Below, in pieces: positions 38,782 through 48,542 of a DNA stretch of 64,000 bases. The stretch is from assembly GCA_045401115.1 (NCBI GenBank), contig CP174359.1, positions 291,247-355,246 of the forward strand, written 5' to 3'. Below the pieces are notes generated by a model. It was not told the DNA's origin. It did no database searches and was given only the letters and a program-made list of their open reading frames with translations. How positions within the stretch are numbered: the first letter of the stretch is position 1; the number at the start of each line of letters is the position of its first letter. This DNA is from Candidatus Phycocordibacter aenigmaticus (GTDB taxonomy: Bacteria > Patescibacteriota > Minisyncoccia > Phycocordibacterales > Phycocordibacteraceae). The position numbers and the translations under genes are program-made.

Positions 38782-39563
38782 AAAAAGTTCTTGCAGTCAT
38801 TCTTATGGTAGTCATTGGTGGCGCACTGGCTACACTACTGAACAACGGAGCAGAACAACAGAACGTATCAGTGCGTAGCATTGATGAGGTGTTTTTCCTT
38901 TCAGAGCAGGTTGGCACTGAAGACACTATCCTGATTGACCGGGTGATTATGGAACAACCAGGGTTTGTGGTACTTCGCGAGGTAGTGAACGAAAAACCAG
39001 GACAAGTTATTGAAGCGAGCCGGTATCTTGAAAGAGGAGAACACGCCAATATCCTCATTGAACTCACGAAGCCACTTCCTGCCGTGGGTGTTGACATCAG
39101 CGGTGAGTTTCCACTCACACGAAATGCTGTTGCTGTTGTGTACACAGATGATGGCGACAAAGGCTTTAATCCGTTTCTTGATTCGCCAGCGTACTACAAC
39201 GGGGCAGTGCTTGCACGCTTTGTCAGAACAGGAGCTGTTGCACCAGAGCACGTAGCAGTGCCGAACACAGGAATTGGTACAAACGTTATCGCACAAACAG
39301 TGACATACACCGATAGTGGATTCTCGCCACAAACTGTTGAAGTGCGTCGCGGCGACACTGTTCAGTTCGTAAACAAAAGTAGTCGCCCAATGTGGGTTGC
39401 TTCAAATGAACATCCTGCGCATACTGTTTTGCCAACATTCGATCAATTCAGTGTGTCGGCGTTTGGTGAGAGTTATGAGTACACGTTCGAACAAGAAGGT
39501 ACATGGGAGTATCATGATCACGTAAACGCAAGTGAACTTGGAACTGTTATTGTTCGTAATTAG
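38778..39563 (+). CDS. secreted protein with C-terminal cupredoxin-like domain
   Basis: C-terminal RGDTVQFVNKSSRPMWVASNEHPAH...EYHDHVN...GTVIV resembles the plastocyanin-like fold but lacks Cys. Confidence 0.3.
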   Translation: MKKVLAVILMVVIGGALATLLNNGAEQQNVSVRSIDEVFFLSEQVGTEDTILIDRVIMEQPGFVVLREVVNEKPGQVIEASRYLERGEHANILIELTKPLPAVGVDISGEFPLTRNAVAVVYTDDGDKGFNPFLDSPAYYNGAVLARFVRTGAVAPEHVAVPNTGIGTNVIAQTVTYTDSGFSPQTVEVRRGDTVQFVNKSSRPMWVASNEHPAHTVLPTFDQFSVSAFGESYEYTFEQEGTWEYHDHVNASELGTVIVRN

Positions 39564-39592
39564 TAATAAACTAAAATTGTTATAGGAATTAT

Positions 39593-40381
39593 ATGAAAAA
39601 TAAAAAGATAGTTTGGTGGCTTATTGGAATTATTGCAGTCCTAGGACTTCTATTTTGGGCTGGTTCTGCAACCCGCACACCATCAGGAGGAGGGGACATT
39701 GTAGCAACAAACGGCATTCACTGGCATCCAGAATTAACCATTTATGTCGACGGTGATAAACAAGAAATACCAGCCAATATTGGCTTGGCAGGTGGGCACC
39801 AGCCGATGCACACGCACGTTGAAGATGCTCCTCAAGGAGTTCTTCACTTTGAGTTTGGCGGCGCGGTTCGCACTGGCGACCTTCGCCTTGGCAATTTCTT
39901 TAGAATTTGGGGGAATAAAGATATTCAAACCGCTTTTGGTACGTTAGAGCGTATGACGGTGAATGGAGAAGAGAACATGGAGTACGGTGATTATGAGGTT
40001 CAAAGTGAGGATAAAATTGAACTTTACTACACAACTTCTCTCACGAATGAAACTCACACCGCAAGGTATCAAACAATATCAGTAAATGAACTGAAAGAGT
40101 CTCTAGCAAGTAAAGACTTTACGTTGGTGAACGTCCATATTCCGTACACAGCTGAAATTGAAGGAACTGATGCGTTTGTTCCGTACAACGAGATTGCACA
40201 AAATCTCGATCAACTACCAACAGATAAAAATGAAAAGATAGTGTTGTATTGTCAGAGCGGCAACATGAGCGCTATTGCAGCACAAACACTTGTTGATCTT
40301 GGATACACTAACGTCATTGATGTGCCTGGCGGTATGATTGAATGGGACAGGGAAGGGTTTCCACTCATCAGTTCACAGTAG
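39593..40381 (+). CDS. membrane-anchored protein with His-rich N-domain and C-terminal rhodanese domain
   Basis: Rhodanese active-site loop LYCQSGNMS. The N-domain is rich in His (HWHP, HQPMHTH). Confidence 0.6.
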   Translation: MKNKKIVWWLIGIIAVLGLLFWAGSATRTPSGGGDIVATNGIHWHPELTIYVDGDKQEIPANIGLAGGHQPMHTHVEDAPQGVLHFEFGGAVRTGDLRLGNFFRIWGNKDIQTAFGTLERMTVNGEENMEYGDYEVQSEDKIELYYTTSLTNETHTARYQTISVNELKESLASKDFTLVNVHIPYTAEIEGTDAFVPYNEIAQNLDQLPTDKNEKIVLYCQSGNMSAIAAQTLVDLGYTNVIDVPGGMIEWDREGFPLISSQ

Positions 40382-40421
40382 AGAGTTTTTACACAAAAAT
40401 CTCTACATACTCTTGACTCAG

Positions 40422-40441
40422 TATACCCCCGGGGGGTATAC
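40422..40441. promoter_or_regulatory. CsoR-type operator palindrome TATACCCCCCGGGGGGTATA overlapping a TTGACT-N17-TATACT-like promoter
   Basis: Perfect 20-bp palindrome 4 nt upstream of the CsoR-family gene. GC-tract palindromes of this form are known CsoR operators. Confidence 0.65.
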
Positions 40442-40444
40442 TGG

Positions 40445-40720
40445 TTGTACATGAGAGGCGACATACAAAAGCAGGTGCAGAACAGACTAAAACGTATCGA
40501 GGGACAAGTACGTGGCTTGCAGAAGATGGTGGAAGAGGAAAAATATTGTGTCGACATTATTACTCAAACATCTGCAGTGCGGAAAGCACTCTCTGCCGTG
40601 GAGGACTCCATGCTTGAGAACCATCTCTCGACGCATGTTGTGGAGCAGATGAAATCAGGAAATTCTAAGAAGGCGATTGAAGAAATTCTTTCTGTGTATA
40701 AGCTTTCAAAAAGAAAATAA
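40445..40720 (+). CDS. CsoR/RcnR family metal-sensing transcriptional repressor (one Cys, two His: x-C-H-H fingerprint)
   Basis: RLKRIEGQVRGLQKM... helix-bundle pattern of DUF156. Cys35, His60 and His64. Confidence 0.75.
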   Translation: MYMRGDIQKQVQNRLKRIEGQVRGLQKMVEEEKYCVDIITQTSAVRKALSAVEDSMLENHLSTHVVEQMKSGNSKKAIEEILSVYKLSKRK

Positions 40721-40724
40721 CACT

Positions 40725-41111
40725 ATGAACTACGGATATAAAAAGCAAGTCGCATTACCTTTCAGTGAAGCTGTGCAAAAGGTACGAGATGAACTTGAAA
40801 AAGGAGGATTTGGCGTGCTTACTGAGATTGACGTTAAGGTGACTATGAAAAAGAAACTTGCCGTTGAGTACGACAACTACGTTATTCTGGGCGCATGCAA
40901 TCCTCCCTTTGCGCACGAAGCTCTGCAGGCGGAGAAAGACGTCGGACTTCTCTTGCCGTGCAATGTCATTGTCTATGAAGACGGCAGCACCGTATTTGTG
41001 TCCGCCATTCTTCCTACAGTAGCCATGAATATGGTTGAAAATCAAACACTCGGCGCAATCGCACAAAGGATTGAAGAAAAATTAAAAAAAGTCATTAATC
41101 AAATAACATAA
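40725..41111 (+). CDS. DUF302 domain protein
   Basis: About 128 aa with pattern VTMKKKLAVEYDNYVILGACNP...LLLPCNVIVYE. Confidence 0.55.
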   Translation: MNYGYKKQVALPFSEAVQKVRDELEKGGFGVLTEIDVKVTMKKKLAVEYDNYVILGACNPPFAHEALQAEKDVGLLLPCNVIVYEDGSTVFVSAILPTVAMNMVENQTLGAIAQRIEEKLKKVINQIT

Positions 41112-41121
41112 CCAAAAATAT

Positions 41122-41373
41122 ATGAATCATCTACGTATTACGCAAACAGGAACCATTGTAGGCATTTTGTCAGTAGTATTTTTCTTCCTTTGTATGGCAT
41201 GGGGGCTTATGCTCACTGATCCTATTTTGAAAGAACTTCACGTTAACTTACTTCGCATCGCGCTGCCCGGCTTTAGCATGAGCCTTGTAGGATTTATCAT
41301 TGGTGCAATTGAGTCGTTCATTTATGGTTGGGTTTTCGGTGCACTATTCTCTTTCCTCCACAAGAAAATGTAA
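41122..41373 (+). CDS. small membrane protein
   Basis: Two TM. 83 aa. Confidence 0.3.
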   Translation: MNHLRITQTGTIVGILSVVFFFLCMAWGLMLTDPILKELHVNLLRIALPGFSMSLVGFIIGAIESFIYGWVFGALFSFLHKKM

Positions 41374-41395
41374 CATCCGTAATTAAATTGAACGT

Positions 41396-43396
41396 ATGGA
41401 TCATTCACATAATCACAATACCCATGCGCCGGGCATGAGCCATGGCTCGGCACAAGATTTCTTACGCAGGTTTTGGATTGTCACATTCCTCTTAATTCCT
41501 CTCATCTTTACCAATGAGATGCTTACCGGACTTTTTGGTATTGGCACGCTTCCGTTTGCTAAATGGGTAGGGCTTGGCATCGCGACTGTAATCTTTAGTT
41601 TCTCACTCGTATTTTTCCAGCACGCGTGGCATGAAATAAAGGCGCGAAAGTACGGAATGATGACGCTCGTTGCTATTGCGGTGGGGAGCGGGTATCTTTT
41701 TTCGGTTGCCTCAACCTTTATATCCGCGCTTGAAGTAGAGTTTTATTTAGAAATCTCAACTTTGATTTGGGTACTCTTGTTCGGTCATTACCTTGAGGCA
41801 CGCTCAAGCTCAGCAGCAGGGAATGCATTACAGGAAGTAGCGAAGCTCTTGCCGAAACAAGCACATAAGTTAGTGAATGGAGTAGAAGAAGATGTAGACG
41901 TTGCCGAACTGAAAGAAAACGATGTGGTGTTGGTAAAGCCAGGAGAGAAAATACCCGCAGACGGCATAGTACAGAGTGGCTCGGCCAACGTGGATGAGTC
42001 GCTCATCTCCGGTGAGTCAAAGCCAATTGAGAAAAATGAGGGAGATGAAGTGGTTGCTGGTTCAATCTGCTTGGATGGTTCGCTTACGATCACGCTCTCG
42101 CGGGTCGGTGAACACTCAACCATCGGCCAGATTCAAAAACTCATTGCTGAAGCCCAAGGTACTAAGCCGCGTTCGCAAAGAATTGCAGATAAAGCATCTG
42201 CCGTGCTCACGTTTGTGGCGGGAATTACTGCGCTTCTCACCATTCTCATATGGTCAGTGTTTTTGGGTGAGTCATTTGTATTTGCGATAACACTTGCCAT
42301 TACCGTCTTAGTGATTGCGTGTCCGCATGCACTTGGGCTCGCGATTCCTACCGTTACCACAATTACTACATCGCTTGCAGTAAAAAATGGTGTGTTCATT
42401 AAAAATCTTGCCAAAATTGAAGTTATCAAGAAAGCAGACTATGTCGTATTTGATAAAACAGGAACACTTACTCTCGGGGAGTTCGGAGTAACCGATGTCG
42501 TTCCATTTGGCAGTCACTCTGAAGAACAGGTACTTGCAATCGCTGCGTCACTTGAACAACACTCGTCCCACATTATTGGACAATCAATTGTCCGTTTTGC
42601 AAAAGAAAAGAAATTAACACTTAAAGAGCCAGAGCAATTCAAAAATGTTGCTGGAAAGGGAATTAGTGGACTGGTCGATGGTCTTCAATACTCCATTGGA
42701 AATGAGGCGTTCCTGAAAGAATTGGGTGTGTTAAACACCCATGCTCACAACCGCTTTGCCAATCTTTCTTCCCAAGGAAAGACGACTATCTTTATAGTAT
42801 TGGAAAAAGAAATTATAGGGCTCATTGCACTTTCGGATGCTATCAAAGAGGAATCATACACGGCAATTGAAAAGCTCCATGATATGGGAGTAAAAGTTGC
42901 CATGCTCACTGGGGATAATGAGAAAGTTTCGCATGGTGTGGCACAGGAGCTTGGTATCGACACGTACTTTGCAGAAGTTTTGCCAGAAGATAAGTACACC
43001 CATATCAAGAAACTGCAGGAAGACGGCAATGTCGTTATTATGGTGGGTGATGGCGTAAATGATGCACCGGCACTTACCCAAGCAGATGCAGGCATTGCTA
43101 TTGGTGCGGGAACTGATGTAGCGGTTGAAGCAGGGGACGTGGTTCTCACACGAAATAATCCGCTCGATGTTGTGCGGCTCTTAAAACTGTCACGCGCTGT
43201 ATACACTAAAATGATTCAGAATCTTGTGTGGGCACTTGGGTACAACATCATTGCCATACCTGCGGCGGCTGGCGCGTTTGCGGTGTGGGGATTCTTCTTA
43301 CGCCCGGAAATTGGCGCTTTACTCATGAGTCTCTCGACAGTCATTGTGGTGGTAAACGCAATGACGCTGAAGAGAGTTAACTTAGAAATTGTGTAA
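41396..43396 (+). CDS. copB: copper-translocating P1B-type ATPase (CPH motif, His-rich N-terminus; CopB-like)
   Basis: N-terminal MDHSHNHNTHAPGMSHGS, TM6 CPH (IACPHALGLA), DKTGTLT, GDGVNDAPAL and the TGES actuator equivalent. Confidence 0.85.
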   Translation: MDHSHNHNTHAPGMSHGSAQDFLRRFWIVTFLLIPLIFTNEMLTGLFGIGTLPFAKWVGLGIATVIFSFSLVFFQHAWHEIKARKYGMMTLVAIAVGSGYLFSVASTFISALEVEFYLEISTLIWVLLFGHYLEARSSSAAGNALQEVAKLLPKQAHKLVNGVEEDVDVAELKENDVVLVKPGEKIPADGIVQSGSANVDESLISGESKPIEKNEGDEVVAGSICLDGSLTITLSRVGEHSTIGQIQKLIAEAQGTKPRSQRIADKASAVLTFVAGITALLTILIWSVFLGESFVFAITLAITVLVIACPHALGLAIPTVTTITTSLAVKNGVFIKNLAKIEVIKKADYVVFDKTGTLTLGEFGVTDVVPFGSHSEEQVLAIAASLEQHSSHIIGQSIVRFAKEKKLTLKEPEQFKNVAGKGISGLVDGLQYSIGNEAFLKELGVLNTHAHNRFANLSSQGKTTIFIVLEKEIIGLIALSDAIKEESYTAIEKLHDMGVKVAMLTGDNEKVSHGVAQELGIDTYFAEVLPEDKYTHIKKLQEDGNVVIMVGDGVNDAPALTQADAGIAIGAGTDVAVEAGDVVLTRNNPLDVVRLLKLSRAVYTKMIQNLVWALGYNIIAIPAAAGAFAVWGFFLRPEIGALLMSLSTVIVVVNAMTLKRVNLEIV

Positions 43397-43405
43397 TAAA
43401 AATAT

Positions 43406-44014
43406 ATGAATAACAACATACTTTACGGTGTAATACTTCTTCTCGCAGGGATCATTATTGGTGTATTTATCGCACCATCAGTAAATCCTCAAGGGCCTGG
43501 TTACATGGGAATGATGCAAGGAAATGGAGGAGGGTTTATGTCGAGCGAGATAGATGAACATTTTATCGAACAAATGATTCCTCACCATGAAGGGGCAATT
43601 GCAATGGCAGAGCTTGCGCTTGAGCGCTCTAGTCGTTCAGAGATTCGTTCACTTGCAGAGGACATCATTGCTGCTCAAACCAGGGAGATTGTACAAATGA
43701 AAACTTGGTACAAGGATTGGTTTGGCTCTGATGTGCCTGAATATAGTGAATTCGGTATGGGTATGATGATGGGTGGCGATCATATGATGGCATTCGAAGG
43801 TGATCTTGATGAGCTTGCAGCCGCAGAGGACTTTGATCTTGAATTTATTCGTCAAATGATTCCGCATCATGAAATGGCAATCATGATGGCTTCTATGCTC
43901 GCATTTTCAAGTGAGCGCAAAGAAATGCAAGAACTCGCTAACCAAATTATTACCTCACAATCAGGTGAGATTGATATGATGCGAAGCTGGTATGCCGCTT
44001 GGTCTAGTCGTTAA
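43406..44014 (+). CDS. DUF305 domain protein (duplicated MIPHHE motif; copper-resistance associated)
   Basis: Two repeats of FIxQMIPHHExAI. Confidence 0.7.
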   Translation: MNNNILYGVILLLAGIIIGVFIAPSVNPQGPGYMGMMQGNGGGFMSSEIDEHFIEQMIPHHEGAIAMAELALERSSRSEIRSLAEDIIAAQTREIVQMKTWYKDWFGSDVPEYSEFGMGMMMGGDHMMAFEGDLDELAAAEDFDLEFIRQMIPHHEMAIMMASMLAFSSERKEMQELANQIITSQSGEIDMMRSWYAAWSSR

Positions 44015-44201
44015 CGATACTGATTATTTTCTTTTAAGACAAAATCACTAAATTCTCTAACAACTCTCTTTTCTCAACAATAGTCCCTTCTCCAAGTAGA
44101 TACTTTGCATAATTTTTGATATCCATCTCTTCTTTTTTATCTATCTTTTACACCCCAAAACACCCCCACACAACTCCAACCCAAATATTTTTTCAACCTT
44201 G

Positions 44202-44219
44202 TATACCCCCTGGGGTATA
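44202..44219. promoter_or_regulatory. second CsoR-family operator TATACCCCCTGGGGTATA
   Basis: Near-identical GC-tract palindrome 15 nt upstream of the second CsoR-family gene. Confidence 0.6.
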
Positions 44220-44234
44220 TGATAGGATGTACCT

Positions 44235-44501
44235 ATGGCGAAAAAAACAAAAGAGTATCAAGATATTACTAACCACATTAGTCGTCTTGAGGGACAGATT
44301 GCTTCTGTAAAACGTGAATTAGGAAAGACGGACCCTGATTGCGCGAAGGCGAGTCGAACACTTGCCGCCGCGTCACGTTCGTTCGCTTCGTTGCGACGTT
44401 CGTTCGTTGAGTGCTTTCTCGGTAAAAAATATATAAAACCTGTTTCCTCTAAAAAACAGGTGAGCGAATACGAAACACTCCTTAATATTATAAATAGCTA
44501 A
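44235..44501 (+). CDS. CsoR-family repressor, two-Cys (CstR-like persulfide-sensor type)
   Basis: ISRLEGQIASVKREL pattern. Cys in DPDC and VEC. No His at the Y/Z positions. Followed by rhodanese and MBL genes. Confidence 0.55.
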   Translation: MAKKTKEYQDITNHISRLEGQIASVKRELGKTDPDCAKASRTLAAASRSFASLRRSFVECFLGKKYIKPVSSKKQVSEYETLLNIINS

Positions 44502-44512
44502 TAAAAAACACT

Positions 44513-44842
44513 ATGAAACATATAACTGTCGAAGAATTTAAACACTTAGTCGAAACAGAACATGGTAATACTGCGTTTGATTTTATAAATGTCTGTACCC
44601 CTGAAGAATATGCAGCGCAACACGTTGAGGGAGTGCGCAGTGTACCGCTTGATGAAATTGACACCCATATTGATGAATTCAAAGGAAAACAAGCGGTCTA
44701 CATTCATTGCCGTTCCGGCAACCGGGGTCGTATTGCTATGGCACGCCTCAAAGAATTGGGTGTAGAGGCAGAACTTATTAATGTTGAAGGAGGGCTTTTA
44801 GCGTGGGATCAGGCAGGTTATAAAACTAATTCGCATAAGTAG
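44513..44842 (+). CDS. single-domain rhodanese (sulfurtransferase)
   Basis: Active-site loop HCRSGNRG. Confidence 0.75.
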   Translation: MKHITVEEFKHLVETEHGNTAFDFINVCTPEEYAAQHVEGVRSVPLDEIDTHIDEFKGKQAVYIHCRSGNRGRIAMARLKELGVEAELINVEGGLLAWDQAGYKTNSHK

Positions 44843-44846
44843 GTTT

Positions 44847-45779
44847 ATGGGTTCTAAAGATATACAACACGTTGATTTTACTGACTATGTGGCACACCTG
44901 CCTGAGGTTAAAGGGTTTTTTGACGGTGCAACACACACTATCAGCTACGTTGTTGCTGATGTGGAAAGCAAAAAATGCGCCATCGTTGATAGTGTGATGG
45001 ATTACGAACCGGCGAGCGGAACGATTTCGTTTGAAAACGCGGATGCAATTATTTCATACGTACGCGAGAAGGGGTGCACCGTGGAGTGGATTCTTGAAAC
45101 ACATGTGCATGCGGACCACCTTTCTGCGGCGCCATATATAAAAGAAAAACTTGGCGGAAAGATGGCAATCGGTGAATATATTACCGATGTGCAAGAGCAG
45201 TTTGGTAAAGTCTTCAATGCTGGCACAGAATTTGAGCGCGATGGCAGCCAGTTCGACCATTTATTTATCGACGGCGAAGAATTCTCTGTAGGGAATATCC
45301 CAGCGCGTGCATTGCACACACCAGGTCACACGCCGGCAGACATGACGCTTGTTATTGGTGATGCGGCGTTTGTAGGCGATACACTTTTTATGCCCGATTA
45401 TGGAACGGCCCGTGTTGATTTTCCTGGTGGAAGCGCAACAACACTGTTTGAATCAGTACAGAAACTGTTCGTGCTTCCCGACGAAATGCGTATGTTCATG
45501 TGTCACGACTATTTACCCGAAGGGCGCACTGAATACCAATGGGAAACAACGGTGGGCGAGGAGAAAAAACATAACGTGCACCTCAACAAAAAGACAGCGC
45601 TTGGCACTTTCACAGAAGCACGAGAAGAAAAAGATAAAACACTTGGCATGCCACGCCTTATTATTCCTTCCTTGCAAGTGAATATGCGAGCAGGTCACCT
45701 ACCGCAGGCTGAGGACGATGAGAACATCTTTCTAAGGATTCCAGTGAATAGTGTTTTCTCAAAACGAAAAGGGGTATAA
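44847..45779 (+). CDS. MBL-fold metallo-hydrolase, persulfide dioxygenase (ETHE1/CstB)-like
   Basis: THVHADH metal-binding motif and additional His/Asp ligands. Genomic context with rhodanese and the CstR-like repressor. Confidence 0.6.
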   Translation: MGSKDIQHVDFTDYVAHLPEVKGFFDGATHTISYVVADVESKKCAIVDSVMDYEPASGTISFENADAIISYVREKGCTVEWILETHVHADHLSAAPYIKEKLGGKMAIGEYITDVQEQFGKVFNAGTEFERDGSQFDHLFIDGEEFSVGNIPARALHTPGHTPADMTLVIGDAAFVGDTLFMPDYGTARVDFPGGSATTLFESVQKLFVLPDEMRMFMCHDYLPEGRTEYQWETTVGEEKKHNVHLNKKTALGTFTEAREEKDKTLGMPRLIIPSLQVNMRAGHLPQAEDDENIFLRIPVNSVFSKRKGV

Positions 45780-45851
45780 CAAAGTTTTAACATTACTTGT
45801 CTATAGGCAGATCCCCGGCAGTCAGCCAGAAAAATTTGGTATGATTAACAT

Positions 45852-45977
45852 ATGAATACATTAGGATTTTTAGGTCTTTTTGGTTTATTAGGTTTTCTTG
45901 GATATTTTACGGAAAACGTTGGTCTCTATGGTCTGTTCGGATTGTTTGCGCTCTTTGCTTTGTTTCGTCAGAAATAG
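45852..45977 (+). CDS. possible small hydrophobic peptide (41 aa, GLF-repeat)
   Basis: MNTLGFLGLFGLLGFLGYFTENVGLYGLFGLFALFALFRQK. Below the ORF-track cut-off. Highly speculative. Confidence 0.15.
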   Translation: MNTLGFLGLFGLLGFLGYFTENVGLYGLFGLFALFALFRQK

Positions 45978-45987
45978 TGTGTAATAA

Positions 45988-46419
45988 ATGCATGTCACAA
46001 TGAACTCTCATAATTTTTACACACGACATGCAATAGGGTTCGTAGTACTCTTCGCTATTGTTGGGCTATTTGCCGTTTTTCAATTATTGGGTAATTTCAT
46101 GTATCAAGAAAAACAAAACGATAGTTTTGAGCCATATCGCGCATCGCTATCGGGTGAGTATATATGTCTTCCATATAAAGATGCATCAGAAACTCAAACA
46201 TCCGAATGTGTGTTCGGTATTAAAACAAACACAGGGGAGTACTATGCCATAAATTTTTTCTTGATGTCACAAACACATGATCCAGTTGACATTGGACAGA
46301 GAATTTCAGCTAACGGTTCTGTAGTTCCGGTGGAGCGATTAAGTGCCGCACATTGGCAACAGTATCCTATAGAAGGTATTTTCTCTGTCACTGATTCATT
46401 AAAGATTGAAAAGGAATAA
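45988..46419 (+). CDS. hypothetical protein (N-terminal TM)
   Basis: ORF only. Confidence 0.3.
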   Translation: MHVTMNSHNFYTRHAIGFVVLFAIVGLFAVFQLLGNFMYQEKQNDSFEPYRASLSGEYICLPYKDASETQTSECVFGIKTNTGEYYAINFFLMSQTHDPVDIGQRISANGSVVPVERLSAAHWQQYPIEGIFSVTDSLKIEKE

Positions 46420-46422
46420 TAT

Positions 46423-47487
46423 ATGAAAGTATTAATTGTAGGGGCAGGACCCACTGGACTTACCACCGCACTCGAGTTGGCGCGGCAAGGTATCGTACCG
46501 GAAATTGTTGATGCAAAAGACGAACCGTCGTGGAAATCACGAGCGGTTGTTGTACTCCCACGAAGTATTGAGATTCTCGACAGAACTGGCGTCGGTGAAC
46601 GCCTCATTTCCGAAGGAATTCGTATGAAGAAAGTACACATTTATCGGGGGCAGAAACAGCTTATTGATATAACACTACCAAGTGACGAGATCACTATTAT
46701 TGGAATTGCGCAGGATAGGACAGAGAGTCTTATGATTGAGCAGTTAGAACACATGGGTGTGTCGGTGCGTTTTGGCACAAAAGTGGATTTGGTCACTACA
46801 TCTGATACGTCTGCGGAGGTTACATTTGAAAGTGGAGAAAAGAAAACATACGACTGGGTTGTTGGCGCTGATGGTGTTGGATCAGCTGTTCGAAGCTCTT
46901 TAAAGATTCCTTATGAAGGATACGAACTTGAAGAGGAGTGGTCGATAGCTGATGTTGAGCTTACCGCTGAACATGAATACGATTCTCTAAACGCCTGGCT
47001 TCTAAAAGGAGAACATAAAGAAAGAGATGGAATGGTGATGGTGCCAATTGAGCGAAATCGTGTACGCCTTATTTCTTCTACACCCGATAGCCTGGAAACG
47101 TCACCGGTTACACTTGATGTAAAAAAAGTACGTCGTACGGGCACGTTTAAAATAACAGTGCGACAAGCGCAAGAGTATGTGCGCGGTAGAGTAGTGTTGG
47201 CAGGTGACGCGGCACATGCGCATTCACCAATTGGGGGTCGTGGTATGAATCTTGGCATTGAAGATGGTCAAGCTCTCGCGTCCGCATTAATACACAATAC
47301 GGTTCAAGAGTACGCACGAGAAAGAAAACAAAAAGCAACCCGTACTATTCGAATCACCGAACACATACGTACATTTATTGCTTCAAACAATCCTTTTGTT
47401 GTTATGGGGATTTATATAGTGACATGGTGTATTCAAAATATTGGTTTTGTTCAGAAAAAATTTATTAAAAACGTTTCATCGTTGTGA
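46423..47487 (+). CDS. FAD-dependent monooxygenase (UbiH/salicylate hydroxylase-type)
   Basis: N-terminal GxGxxG (VGAGPTGLTTA). GD fingerprint GDAAHAHSPIGGRGMNLGIEDG. Confidence 0.75.
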   Translation: MKVLIVGAGPTGLTTALELARQGIVPEIVDAKDEPSWKSRAVVVLPRSIEILDRTGVGERLISEGIRMKKVHIYRGQKQLIDITLPSDEITIIGIAQDRTESLMIEQLEHMGVSVRFGTKVDLVTTSDTSAEVTFESGEKKTYDWVVGADGVGSAVRSSLKIPYEGYELEEEWSIADVELTAEHEYDSLNAWLLKGEHKERDGMVMVPIERNRVRLISSTPDSLETSPVTLDVKKVRRTGTFKITVRQAQEYVRGRVVLAGDAAHAHSPIGGRGMNLGIEDGQALASALIHNTVQEYARERKQKATRTIRITEHIRTFIASNNPFVVMGIYIVTWCIQNIGFVQKKFIKNVSSL

Positions 47488-47763
47488 TGTATTTAGTTGT
47501 CCATCATCTTTTTTGAAATCGCCGGTTTAATATTTTAGATGGTCTCTAGAATGTTTGCATCCAGATTTTTATTATATACTTAGTTACGTACCGTTATTCA
47601 TAATGTAATTTTATATGGACACACTATTATATGTTGTTAATTGGGGTTCACCACTTGGATTAGGATTGTTTTTCTTTTTGTCAGCAGCTGGCGTCGGTGT
47701 CTTGTTTTGGGGAATCTCTTGTTTTAATAAAAAATAGAGATAGAAGTTAATTTTTTGTAAAAG

Positions 47764-48387
47764 ATGAATCAAAGAACACTTTCTATTATTGCCGGAGTTA
47801 GTTATCTTGTTATTTTCTTTTTAGCTATATACGCAAACTTTTTCGTGCTCGATGCTATTCTCCAGGATCCATTAGGAACGATTGAACAAAATAGTATGCA
47901 CGTGCGCTTTGGTGCACTCGCGTTTCTTGTTGCAGCGGTTTTTGATGTAATTGTTGCGTGGGCTTTATATGAATTATATAAAGGGAATATTCTCTCACGG
48001 CTCAGTACTTATTTTAGAATCATACATGCAGTGATTATGGGAGTCGCTGTGTTTGCACTTCCTCTTACACTTACGTTGACTGCCGATGAGGCAATCCTCA
48101 ACCAGGTGACCATTTTCAATACAATGTGGCTTATTGGACTTTTCTTTTTCGGTGTCCACCTCATTTTATTAGGACGTATCGTAAAGCATATTCGGATTAT
48201 TCCATGGATATTAATGCTTGCTGGGGTTATGTATATTGTTGATACTGGTGCGCATTTCCTCCTTCCGCATTATGAGACGTATGCTGACTTATTTTTAATG
48301 GCAGTAGCAATACCTGCCATATTTGGCGAAATGTCATTCTCACTTTGGTTGTTATTTAAAGGAGAAAAATCAACTGCATCTAATTAA
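47764..48387 (+). CDS. hypothetical membrane protein (5-6 TM)
   Basis: ORF only. Confidence 0.35.
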   Translation: MNQRTLSIIAGVSYLVIFFLAIYANFFVLDAILQDPLGTIEQNSMHVRFGALAFLVAAVFDVIVAWALYELYKGNILSRLSTYFRIIHAVIMGVAVFALPLTLTLTADEAILNQVTIFNTMWLIGLFFFGVHLILLGRIVKHIRIIPWILMLAGVMYIVDTGAHFLLPHYETYADLFLMAVAIPAIFGEMSFSLWLLFKGEKSTASN

Positions 48388-48457
48388 AAAACGAGTGCCA
48401 TAAATGGTTTTTTATCAGCACCTTCCTTAAGAGGGTGTGTTAATGATGAATATTTAT

Positions 48458-48481
48458 CCACTAAGAGAAATGTAAAGTATT
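48458..48481. promoter_or_regulatory. palindrome AAATGTAAAG-TATT-CTTTACATTT upstream of the thioredoxin/msrAB genes
   Basis: Perfect 10-bp inverted repeat, read from the sequence. Confidence 0.35.
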
Positions 48482-48542
48482 CTTTACATTTCGTGAGTAT
48501 CCATTACACTTACCGTATATAGAAAACTTAAAAAATATTTTT

